A stretch of DNA of 64,000 nucleotides from Podarcis bocagei (lineage: Eukaryota). Below, piece by piece: positions 51,544-64,000 of the stretch. Where the stretch lies: NCBI GenBank assembly GCA_964188305.1, contig OZ076885.1, one strand, 5' to 3'. The position numbers were made by a program, and so were the translations under genes. The notes under the pieces are model-generated. The model had not been told where the DNA came from. It searched no databases and saw only the letters and a list, made by a program, of their open reading frames with translations. Within the stretch, counting starts at the first letter, position 1. Each line of letters begins with the position of its first letter.

Positions 51544-51770
51544 CAGTGGTACCTCGGGTTACATAACGCTTCAGGTTACAGACTCTGCTAACCCAGAAAT
51601 ATTACCTCGGGTTAAGAACTTTGCTTCAAGATGAGAACAGAAATCGTGCTCCGGTGGCGCAGCGGCAGCAGGAGGCTCCATTAGCTAAAGTGGTGCTTCA
51701 GATTAAGAACAGTTTCAGGTTAAGAATGGACCTCCGGAATGAATTAAGTACTTAACCCCAGGTACCACTG
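51544..51770. mobile_element. Tc1/mariner (Tigger-like) MITE
   Basis: TA|CAGTGGTACCTCGGGTTA...TAACCCCAGGTACCACTG|TA; same family as 16721. Confidence 0.9.
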
Positions 51771-54700
51771 TATTATATCAGGCAGTGTTCACCTGGCTGG
51801 TGCTTTGAAGTGCTGGAACACATTCAGTTGTTCCCTGAGTACATCGGGCACAACTAAAGGGTAAAAATGTATATTCTGTATGTTAATAATAATAAACAGA
51901 GTTGTCTGGTAGTCTGACTGGGAAACTTGCTTGGGTACATGCCTGAAGCAAATATTGAGTGCTACTAAACCTAGAGCAATTTCTACATTACGGAAATAGG
52001 TTAAAAAATAATAATCCTCTGCACTGAAAAGAACCACGAATCTTCACAGTGAAACAAGTCATCAAACTTTCCAAACTGTAAATAGGACTTGGTGGCCAAT
52101 ATTTTCTTTCTTTTTTTTTGCAGTGATTCCTAGTGTAAATAAAACACATTAAATATAGTTCCACAAACTATTTTAAGTCTGTAAATATGTTAAAAATGAA
52201 ATATCCATGTGCAATGGGTTGAAAATTATAAATTTTGCCCCATGGTTTGGTGTTTTGTTTTTTGGTTAATGCACAATTTTTCTGCTCTACTTGGCTCCTC
52301 TTGTTCCTTGGCTAGGGCACAGTACACAGATTGTGTCATCATTGTTCATAAAAGCACTTGTAATCAATGAGAATGCCATGGCAAATAACAGGAATTCTAA
52401 GGGAAACATGAGGAATACATGCAGCTTTTGCTATTTATCCAGTTATGTCTTTGGTTCAGTTGTTTTAGGAAGAGGTTGAAGAATGTATGAATCATTTGCA
52501 ATTTATCAATTAGAGAAAAGCCTCACTGTGTTTGTTGTGCTACAGTAGCTTTTCCCCAACCCAGTGCCCAGTAGTCAAAAATATCTGGAAGGCACCAGAT
52601 TGGGGGAGGCTGCATTATAACAAGAAAGGTTTAAATATTGGGGAAACAATCTGACTCTGATGTAAGCTGCCAAAGGGGGAAAGCAGGACAGCCAAGCTCT
52701 TCAAGGCTTGTCTAGAAATGAATGGATCCTGTCCTCGGAGGGATGGTTTGGGAATGAACTCACTCCTCCTACAACATAGAGACGGGAGGGAGCAGATTGG
52801 TTAAATTTATTGAGCTGGAAGTGATCTGGTTTTCATAAGTAAGTTGACATTGAGGTTAGAAATGTAATGACACAAATGGCAAAATGCTTTGAAAGTACTG
52901 CAGTACTGTAATACAGCTGATTCATCTGGAGATGAGTCAGGAGAAGTGATACCATTACATATTAAAGTTAAAAATACCCCACCTTCAGCTGATGAGGGTG
53001 GTAACAAGCAAATATTTAGCTGTGAGCACATATGCTATAAATTGGTACTATTTAGGTGCTTAGAGAAAGCTGAGGATTTATTCTCTCACCTATTTCTGCA
53101 TTAATGAATTAATGGTGTCTTTTCCGTTAGATGTGGCACATTTGTTCACTTTCAGAGATAATGAAAGAAAGGTGGAAGCTGGAGAGCTCTAATTTCTCAA
53201 TTGAGCAACATCTATCTTGTTCCCCCCTTGGATTGAAGGCAAAATAAAATGTATGGTTGTCTGTAGAACTGCTGTGGACTGCATTCTGAATAAATTGGTA
53301 TCTGTTGGCAATACGAATTACAGTATCCTGAAACTAAGAAAATTATATGCTTAATGTTAGAGAAACATCTACGAAGTCATAGCTTTGGAGACGGGCTGGC
53401 TAAGCATATAAAGTCTAGTACATATTTTTGAGGTACAGAAATATATTGGGCCCATATTACCGACTATCAGGAGCACAGAGGAGTGTTGAGTCTTTGATCT
53501 GGCAAACTGGTCTGTTTACATTGGACACATCCAATATGGTTCCATATGCAGTTATTAACTGCTGGGGGATTTAAGAAGCTGAGTGTCCTGAAATCCCTTA
53601 GGTTGACTCTTCTCTGCCTCGCTGTTTTGCCAAGGTTTCTGGTGTGGAAATAAATCTCATCTCCTTCTTGGAAGATGTGTCACTTGTGGGACTGGAACAC
53701 TTGGCTAAATCTTCTCTGAAACTGGATCAGGCATTTGAAATAGGCATAGATTCCAAGGGAGAGGCCGGGAAATGCTCGTTCCGGGCTGCTTTCTCAACCA
53801 GGTGACTCTTCCTTAGGGAGTGCCCCCTGGACAAGGAAAAACACCCATTGCACAAGTGTGCATGCATAGGATTTACTTGCTGCTGTTCAGCACAAGAGCA
53901 ACAGCTCTTAGCTTATCAAGCTCCTCTTCAAAAAGCATACTGTGTTTAAAAGCTTTACTGTGCCATAGCTGCAGCCCACAAAGTGAACTTTGGGTCACTC
54001 CAAAAATGTGAGTACTAGTGTTTCTTTATGTGTCATCTTAAAGGCCCAGTGGATTAACTGCAGGTGGCGGCAATGCAAATCTTAAAATTTAATCTAAGCA
54101 GTACAGGTATTTCCTGTTGCTTTGCTTTTTTCTTTACTGAATGATGATATGTTTCTTGCTTTTTGTTTTCTTTGTTATTGGTGTCTGATTTGTATTGCGT
54201 GCAATGTACCTTTGTTGGTTTGATTATATTATATTAAGTCTCAATAATACGTTGTAAAATCTAAACTAAGATTATTACTAATTGAAGTTGATACAGAACA
54301 GTCTCTGCTCCTCACCACCAAGTTTGTCATTAGCTCTTGGTGGCTGTTGCTCAGTCACTTGTGCTCACATCCTGGCTAGTATTGTAAGCAGGTCTTCTTG
54401 TGACACAAGGTGGCAGGGAAGATAGAGAACACAGCGGGGACCTGGAAAGGTTTCTTGTTTTGGAATCCACTTTCCCAGAGGTCTACTGAAAGCTAGCTTT
54501 ATTCTTGTTTATTTGCAGAATAATTAATATTAATAGTATAATAATGACTGTGGGTAATGTGGTTTCAATGGAGTGAATGAGAAAATATTCCTGAAGTATG
54601 AAAAGAAAGTAAGTAATGAGTAGGTAGAGGGTCCTGCAGGTCCCAAGTAGAACCATGTCAGGCTGGATCCCTTACTCCAGTTTGGAAACACTGGAACATG

Positions 54701-57700
54701 AGATTATCCCAGTTGACAAACCTCATTGGACTTTGAGCCCCAAGTCCCGTAAGGATTACCTCTACTTGCTGGTGTGCTGCGTGTTTGGATGTAACATAGG
54801 GTAATAAAATACATTAGCTTTTATCTGGTCACAATAAGTTGGATACCCCGTGGGCAGCTTGTCTGTTGGTGTGTACTGCTGCCAACCACAGAGGCACCGA
54901 GTGGTCCTGTTGGTGGAAAAGCTTCAGACGGTTGCACTTTTCTTAAACTTCCACTCAAGTGCCCAGGCACCACCTGGGCGTATTGAAGGGTGGTGCACAG
55001 GGAGAGGTTCTGTTTTCAGTAAACCTATACAGGTGGATAATTTATAGCCAGGCTTCCTGGAGTGTGTGGGCATGTGATGACAACAGTCCATATGTTTCAA
55101 AGCTATAGGTCAAATAATTCAAGTAATGAGGAATTTCCCCCCTTTTAAATTCTGGCTTGTTCTGTGTTTGCCTCCCAACACAAACATTCTCAGCTTTCAC
55201 TCTAGAAACTGAAGAACTAGATGCTTTAATTTGTTTGATTTGGCATCTTAAAGTCATTTAAATAACCCCTGAGCTGCAGATTCGGGACTATGTTTCTTGT
55301 GACTTTGGTGTTACAGAATGGTAGCCTTGGACCTAGAGTTTGTATGTTCAAAAAACAAAAGAAACTCACAGACAGAGAGAAAGTGCTTATAATTTGAGAG
55401 GGAGGAGGGTGTTGGAGGGGCATAATTACTATAGTTAGAGAAACTCAATCCACTGTAGAGGAGTTAACCTTTCCCAAACAAGTTCTTAAAGTAAAAACAA
55501 AATGACCCCCATAGGTCACTCCTACAGTAACTTGACTTCTTAATTATTACACTCTGGGCTCTCCCTAGTTTAGCTCGCAAGGAATCAGCAGTTGTGTTGA
55601 TGCGTTTAATAACTTAAGTGGTCCCTGTATGAGCATCCCCACATGGTGCTGTGCATAAGTCAATATACATTCTGCCTGCAGAAGTTTGCAGCATTGCTTG
55701 GGGCCCAGTCGGAGCAAATCCAGCTGGGTAAACTTCATTTCCTAGCCTTTCAGATAGAAGAAATCACTTGTTGACTCAAATTATGTGGAAGCTGAATTTT
55801 GATTGTCCAAAGGATATTTATTGTTCAGTGAGTGTTGTTTTTATTTAAAAATGAGATGCATCTATGAAAACCATAAATAAGCATCATTTTTATCTTGGCT
55901 GTAGGATGCCCAGAGGAGGAAGTCAGGCAGATTAATTGAGGCAGGTGGGAGAGCTGGGCTGTGGGCCAGTGCTGCCTGGACAGGAGATCCATGTTTGTGT
56001 TGGCTCTTTCCGGTTGGTGAGGAGCTGTTGCTTTGTACAGCTGTCCTGACTGGGCCTTTTCATACCACCCTGATACTTCTAAACTCTGGGGTAATATCTT
56101 TTTACAGTAGGACTTGGCATATTTCCAGTATATTTGCTAGAGAGTGACACCTTGGATTGCAGGGGGTAGCTGCTCCTGTTGCTATATTTGAGGGTGCCCC
56201 TCCCTAGATTCTGCTGAAACTGAGAAGTACACTCTGGGTGAGAGGGTTTTCTTAGTTGTCAGATGCAGTAGCTGTATTTGAGTCAGGCCAGTGAGAATTG
56301 GCTACAAAGCTGCGTTGACTCCACTTTTTCCAGTGTACTAAGCAAGCACTTTAAGAACCTAGAGACGTCCCTTCCATCCCTTGGTATCTGGCAGCCTTGT
56401 GTTTGGGTATGTAAATCTGTAACGAAACTGGGACTCTTAAAACGTGTGTGAGGGAAAGTGAGCCTAGTTTGTTGGGACGGAGTCTTTGGGCTTGCTTGGT
56501 AGCTGATTTAACTTCCTTGGTGGTCAGGTGAGCTAGGGCTGTTAGAGTTTTCAGTACCTAAACCAGGAGCATGCATTTTAAAAACGCTTTCCCACGTAAC
56601 AGGAGAGGGCCGATGTGGCAACATAGCAGTGGCTTAATCTCCTTCTGTTTGGGTGCCAGCTTTTCTCTTAAGGATCTCTCGGAGCATTCAGTATCATGGA
56701 AACTATTGCCACAAGCGTTTGAAGGGAGGATGAAACCCAGTCCTTTGTGCCATGGGAGCTCTGCCTTGCCATGGGAGCAAGTTGGATACCTTTCCAGGGT
56801 GTGGGGGAGCTTTTTATAGCAAGGAATGTGCAAGAGGCAATGAGCAACAGTCAAATATGTCCATCAGTCATTAACCATGAGCTAACCTTTATAGTGAGCT
56901 ATGATAATGGAATCCTCCTGTCACCAAAACAGGCTGTGGAGGGTGCCTGGGAACCTCTATTTTTGCTGTATACATTACATGCATGCCAGCTGAGACCACT
57001 GACACAGTCTTACTAGAATTGTAGTGACTAGATAAGCATGTGTATATTGCCGAGTGAATATCTAGGAAAGTGAGACCGAGGAAGTGGTTTTAGGGTAGCA
57101 TGACCAGTGCACCAGAACAATGCTATAGGACAGAGCACAAGAGGTGGGGGTGCCAGGTGCCACTAAAATTTGAGAGCCCAAAGTCTGCCACTGGAGGCTG
57201 CTAGGGTGAAAAGTGAGCAAATGCACTACAGTGTTGCCACTCTTGTGGTGGTAAGATATAACTATGGTCTGCTTAAACCCAAGAGCTCAAGCAATGACAA
57301 TATTATTTTGTTCTGTTAAACAGCTTGGTAAGTTCTTTTCCTTCCAGAAAGGGAACAAACAAAAGTCCTTTGATAATACCGTAAGAATCAAGGCAGTCTG
57401 CAGAACCTTGGAGATTGACTGATGACATTAGCTTTTTGTAGGCAATGTAGTAATTCTGAATATTACATAGGGGCTTGGATGTACTGAAATGACACATCTA
57501 GTCCCTTAAAAATCTATATACAGTCTTCCTCTGGGATTCAGCTGTTGCAGGAGCAGCTTCCAGATTTCTCCCCTGGGACAGAGAGATCCCTTACCAGAGA
57601 TGCCTCCCACACTCCTGACTGTGAACTGAATTGGAAAAGTAGGCAGCTGGGGTGAACGTGCCTTTGTAGACTTGGGCATGTCCCAGTCTGGCCCTAACCC

Positions 57701-57994
57701 AACTCCTCCCAGCATTACGGAAAAGACTTGTCCTGTAAGTACTTTGTGCTACTAGTGGTACTTGTATGTGAAGATTCCCCCACAAGGAACCAGAAGGCCT
57801 ACCTCATTCTTGTCCCTGTAGATAGTGACCAACATTCCTATATAATGGGGCTAGCCTGTTTGGGTTTGGATGACACTCTACTTTTCAGTGTCTCATTGGA
57901 ATTGCCATGTTCTGCTACATATACAGTTATTTTGCTTTTCTTCCCAGCTGCTCCAAAATCTGCAAAAATTCTCTGCTGCAAGGAAACCAGAGTG

Positions 57995-58048
57995 ATGTCA
58001 TCAGAAGATGATACTGGTGGGGAGGCACCCAGTGGCAGTTTCTGGGAG
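57995..58048 (+). CDS. PACSIN3: PACSIN3 (syndapin III) first coding exon; exon begins at 57948
   Basis: MSSEDDTGGEAPSGSFWE|gtaaga; matches the PACSIN SFWE start motif, closest to PACSIN3; synteny with DDB2 and ACP2. Confidence 0.93.
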
Positions 58049-58433
58049 GTAAGAGAGGGCAAGATGGAAATAAAAGGGTTCCCCTTTGTCTAGAGTCACA
58101 TAGGATGTGCTAAGAAATACTAAATCAACCTTGGTTTTAGTACCTCCTGACAGAGATATACAGACAGCAAACCCAGGACAAGTTGTCATTGGATGCCCCT
58201 TTTTTAAATGGTTCCACGATCCTTAGTGCTGAATAATAATAATAATAGTCCCTGGAATGTGTCCATAACAGAAAACCCAGTTACCGCCCGGCCTTGCTTG
58301 CTCCAGCTGAGAATTTGGGTGGGGTCCTGGGATGGGAGTGAACCTAGAGCTCAGAAGCCTTCAAAAGGCTTGCCTGTTCTGCCTAAAGATATATCTGAGA
58401 TGTGTGCAAGAATGACTGATGGTGTTAATCTAA

Positions 58434-58658
<225 letters not shown>

Positions 58659-60257
58659 TAGGAGGGCATTTTGAAGTCCTGTGAACAGAGACCCCAACAC
58701 TTCGAGTTGGCTTGCCCCCTCAGCTAAGAGTTAATGAAATAGAGGTGCTGACCTGGCAACCATGAGCAAGATAACATCGTATCTTGGGGTTAGGCAGGGA
58801 AAACAAAAAGTTTATAAATTTGGAGAGGAATGAAGAATGTTTAAGGATGTTTTTTGTTTTTTAAAAAATAACAAGGGGAGAGAGAGGACAGAAACCTTTC
58901 CAGATGTAGCAAGGATATAGTAAAGGATTAGATTTAGTCTGAAGTGTATTATGGGAAAAACTTTTTGGTTTTCATGTTTGTTCTTCTAAGTGTCGGTATA
59001 AACATTTTTCTAGTATTAAAGACATAACATAGTCTAATTGACATCTGCCTGGTGTGCTCTATATTTCCCCCTTTTTTATTTACCTACCCAGCAAATATTT
59101 AACTATTTATTTGTTGAGTTATTGTGTGGTTAAAATATTTTTTTTAATAAAAGAAAATAAATGTGTTATTTGTTCCATTTTCTACTACTGTTGTTATGGA
59201 GGAATCTGCTCAAATTAATTATACAAGAAATGGCTTTGTTAAAACAAGTAAAGCTGATGAAGGGTTTTAGTTTTGTGGGAATGCCCTCAGAAAGTCTATG
59301 GCAGGGGTGAGGTCTCTGCAGCCCACTGGCCAGATTTGGTCCTCGAGGTCATGTTCCCCAAACCACACCCACCTGCCCCCATATGTGACATCGGGTGTGG
59401 GGCAGATAGAGACACAAATGGATCAGCTGTGGGACCAAGTTCTCTGTGGAGAACTCAATCATGCAGGTGATATCTGCAGAAAGCATGGTTGAAGTCACTT
59501 CCCTTTAGCTGTTGGACACTTGAGTTCAAACCTGCTTGAGTGTCTGCATGACCCATGTAGCTGATCCCTGAAGGAGGCAACATTGCAAGCCTTAAACTCG
59601 GTACTTTGCCAAGCATAGGTTTGGCAACACCCCTTGTGCTGTGGTTCACAAGATACTTTGACAGGTGAGTGGGGCAGCTGCCTTACAGACGGGTTGATCC
59701 ACCCACCAGTCAAAGTTGGCTTGCAGAGTGGGGGTATGGATAACCTACTGGGCCAAAACGATTCCCCATCCCTCGTCTATAGGATAAATTTTGAGGGGAA
59801 GACAATTCCACTTTCATGGCTTTCAGCTACTGTCCCATTAATTGAGTGCTAAGTGCCACACAGGTCAGAAGAATTCATCAGCCCACAGAATCTGGTCAAC
59901 AGAAAGACTTGTAGGAGGAGCAAAAAGTAACCTGGCACAGTGTACTGGGAAGGCTATGTGTGATGGTAAAAAGTAGGCGATGAGAGACTTGGGTGCAGAT
60001 TGGAGGACTGCCAGTACAACTCTGGATGATCATTTCTTGGATTATAAAGATGGGAAGTCAATCAAGTCTTTATGCAACAGAGACTGAGCAGAAGTTTGTT
60101 GGCACACACTCTAGTTGCAGTTACCTAGGGTTGAGCTCAGCAAACTTTCTGTAGGCAGCAAATGCACTGTCTCACACTACTATCAATATGTGTTCCTCCC
60201 ACGCAGCTCTTTCTTTTTGAGCAGTAAATGTACTTTTGAGATAGATGACTTTGGTAA

Positions 60258-60653
<396 letters not shown>

Positions 60654-60872
60654 TGATTAATCAGCTTTATGGTCTGGGACTTAACAGATGGCAAAACAGC
60701 TCAGTCAGCCTATTGTCCAGCCTCATGTTGCTGGTCATAGGCTAGGCAGTGTTGAGATGTAAATTGTACTTTGCTGATTTCCTGCCACTTTCTCTTGAAT
60801 ACAGCTGCTTGTCTCTGTATGTGATGGGAAATAACACTGCTGATACATTATTCCATATGGTATCTCTCTTAG

Positions 60873-61061
<189 letters not shown>

Positions 61062-61730
61062 TGACTCTCTTAAGATGAGGGAGAGTCCTAAAAGCAGGAA
61101 CAAAAATCAGGGCCTTTTCTGTGGTGGTCCACCTGCCTGTGGAACCGTGCCAGGGAGTAGTTAGGCAAACTCTGTCACAGATCTCACAGATCTCTCTTAA
61201 GAAGACTTTTCAAAGCTTTTTTAGAATGACCTTTAGAGATTGAAAGGCGATGGCAGCAATTGCTGGTTTTGTCTTATTTTCATGTTTGAATACAATGTGA
61301 TTTTATAGTTGTATAATTGTTTGGTGTGTTTTGAAAAGCATTTCACTGTTTGTAAACCACCCTGTTAGGTAACCAACCAGAAAAGTGGCATGGCAGTTTT
61401 AAAAATTAAATAAAAGAAACAAGCTGGATTTTGGATCTTTGTCGCTGACTAAATTCTGTGGATGGAGAGGCAGCCCAGTGTTTCAATGGATAGTCCTTTA
61501 AGCAGATGGGCCATTGCCCTTGGCTGCAATATTGGCTGCCCGCTAACCAGACAGAGAACTCAGAAAGCATCAAGTCACTGTTGAGCCCCTAAACTGAATG
61601 GTGCTCATGGAAGAGAGCTGTATAAGTCAATTACTATACTCTCATTCAACTGGTGAAACTAAAAGAGTAACCTGCAAGAAACATGGGTCCCACCTTGGTC
61701 CCAGTACCACCTTGGTCCTGAGCATTATAG

Positions 61731-62027
<297 letters not shown>

Positions 62028-62073
62028 TAAGGTTTTTTTCCCCCTTGAAAGGCTACATCTCCTGGTACTATAG

Positions 62074-62340
<267 letters not shown>

Positions 62341-62700
62341 TAAAGTAAGTCGTGTATTGTATTATCCTGCTGAAATCAGCACTCACCACTATTTCTCTAT
62401 GGAACAGAAACGAGATGCATAATATACCTGGCATGATAGGAACATGCAAAGCTACCAGCCCAGAGTATTTGTCAATCTAACCAAATATTGACTACACTGC
62501 ACTCCAGGGTGTAACCTGTTCCATTTTTAGTGGCGTTGTCTGGGATCAAACCTGGGACCTTGTTCTGCAAATAAGCAATAAATTCCCCTCCACATAAAGG
62601 ATGTCCATTGTCTGTGTTGGATTGGGGGGGAAGAGGAAGCATTCAATTAATATTCTGAAACATTTTTGGAACTAGGGACTGATAACTTTCTCCCCTCTAG

Positions 62701-62940
<240 letters not shown>

Positions 62941-63574
62941 TGAGAATATGAATTCCCATTAACAAGAGCATACAGAGGCTAGGCCCTTGCAGATTTTGAG
63001 ATAAATGTCATAGAATGCAGGGCTGTTGTTAGGCCTGCTGGAAGGGCAGAAGCTATGACTGGCACTGTGCCTCTCCTCTGTCCCGCCCTGATGTAGCTCT
63101 GCCTCTGCTTGTTCCACCCATTAGTCTCAGAGTGAGGATTCTGGCAGGATTTTCCTCTCCAGCTGTTGCTGATCTCAGGGAAAGCTGCAACAAAGGCAGT
63201 TCTGGATTCTTGATTTGCATCTGTTCACTATGAAGAGAGATGTCAGCTAGCCAGGCCCTTCTTACTCAAACACAGTTCATGTTAGTTCTACAGTGAAGTT
63301 AGTAGATAGCAAACATTCTGGCTTTCGTAGCTGGGTGCTGTGCATCCAAAACCCGACCAGATGGCATACTGAGCATGCTGGTCCAGTGGCTGTTGGCACA
63401 AGATTACAAAGAAGGGAAAGACAAGAGAAGTACAGGAAATAATAAATTCCTATCTTAACCTTTACTGCAATGTAGAGTCTGCTTTTGTTAACACGAATAT
63501 CACCAGCAGTAGCTATTCTGCAGCATAACCTTGCCCTTTTCTTGATTTAAAAAGGCTTGTTTGCCAATCCACAG

Positions 63575-63640
63575 GTATTCATACCAGGAGGAGCAAAACA
63601 GTCACTTCTATGATACCCTGAAGGCCTCGGCCTGTATGAA
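63575..63640 (+). CDS. PACSIN3: Candidate PACSIN3 66-nt symmetric cassette exon in the linker
   Basis: ccacag|G TAT...ATG AA|gttagt; open in phase 2: (R)YSYQEEQNSHFYDTLKASACM. Confidence 0.45.
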
Positions 63641-64000
63641 GTTAGTATGAAACTTAAGACTACTTAGGGTACCTGTTTCCTTGCTTCTCCTTTGCTGTAG
63701 CTTCTTAATACTTTCTAGTTAAGGAGATGGGCAGTGTTAGCACACTCTTTTTCAATTTCTCCCAAATAGACACCTTTTTAGCTTTCTTCAAATAGACCAC
63801 CTTCTGTCTACCCTGATTGTAGTCACCTAGGGCTTTTAATGTAGTTATTTCCATAACTGGTCAAGGTTACTGGAAATACTGTGTTTTTGAACACCTGCTA
63901 TTCTGCTCATTCTCGTTCTTTCTCTCCCCCCACTCCCCCCCCCCACAGCTAATGGTGACTTCTTTGCCTTCCATGTTTTGCATCTTCCTCTTATTTGTTC

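Noticed and set aside
58690-59160. Possible decayed L1 3' end in a PACSIN3 intron
   Set aside because: Only weak peptide resemblance with stops; boundaries cannot be supported without a search.
63125-63230. Acceptor-like site ccattag as another PACSIN3 exon
   Set aside because: The nearest donor gives a 7-nt frameshifting exon and read-through reaches a stop; no homology recognised.

Overview
Eukaryotic (vertebrate) genomic DNA, most likely a squamate and probably a lacertid lizard, inferred from Sauria-type SINEs, CR1/L1/L2/Penelope remnants and Tc1-mariner/hAT MITEs. The window holds three spliced genes in the same order as human 11p11.2: the 3' part of ACP2 (lysosomal acid phosphatase, + strand, 8 coding exons, 198-4817), a complete DDB2 (XPE UV-damage sensor, - strand, ATG 28622 to stop 10252, CpG-island promoter about 30.8-31.4 kb), and most of PACSIN3 (F-BAR region, + strand, CpG island about 38.3-40.0 kb, ATG 57995, running off the window before the SH3 exons). 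The main result is that DDB2 carries two intact, homologous copies of coding exon 4: 4A (21994-22139, 146 nt) and 4B (19273-19439, 167 nt). Both are phase 0 to 2, and including both or neither gives an immediate premature stop. This is the signature of mutually exclusive splicing that swaps one WD40 blade of the lesion-binding propeller (511 vs 518 aa). Copy 4B adds a Cys/His-rich loop. All exon boundaries were derived by hand from the sequence; homology statements come from recalled protein sequences, not from a database search.
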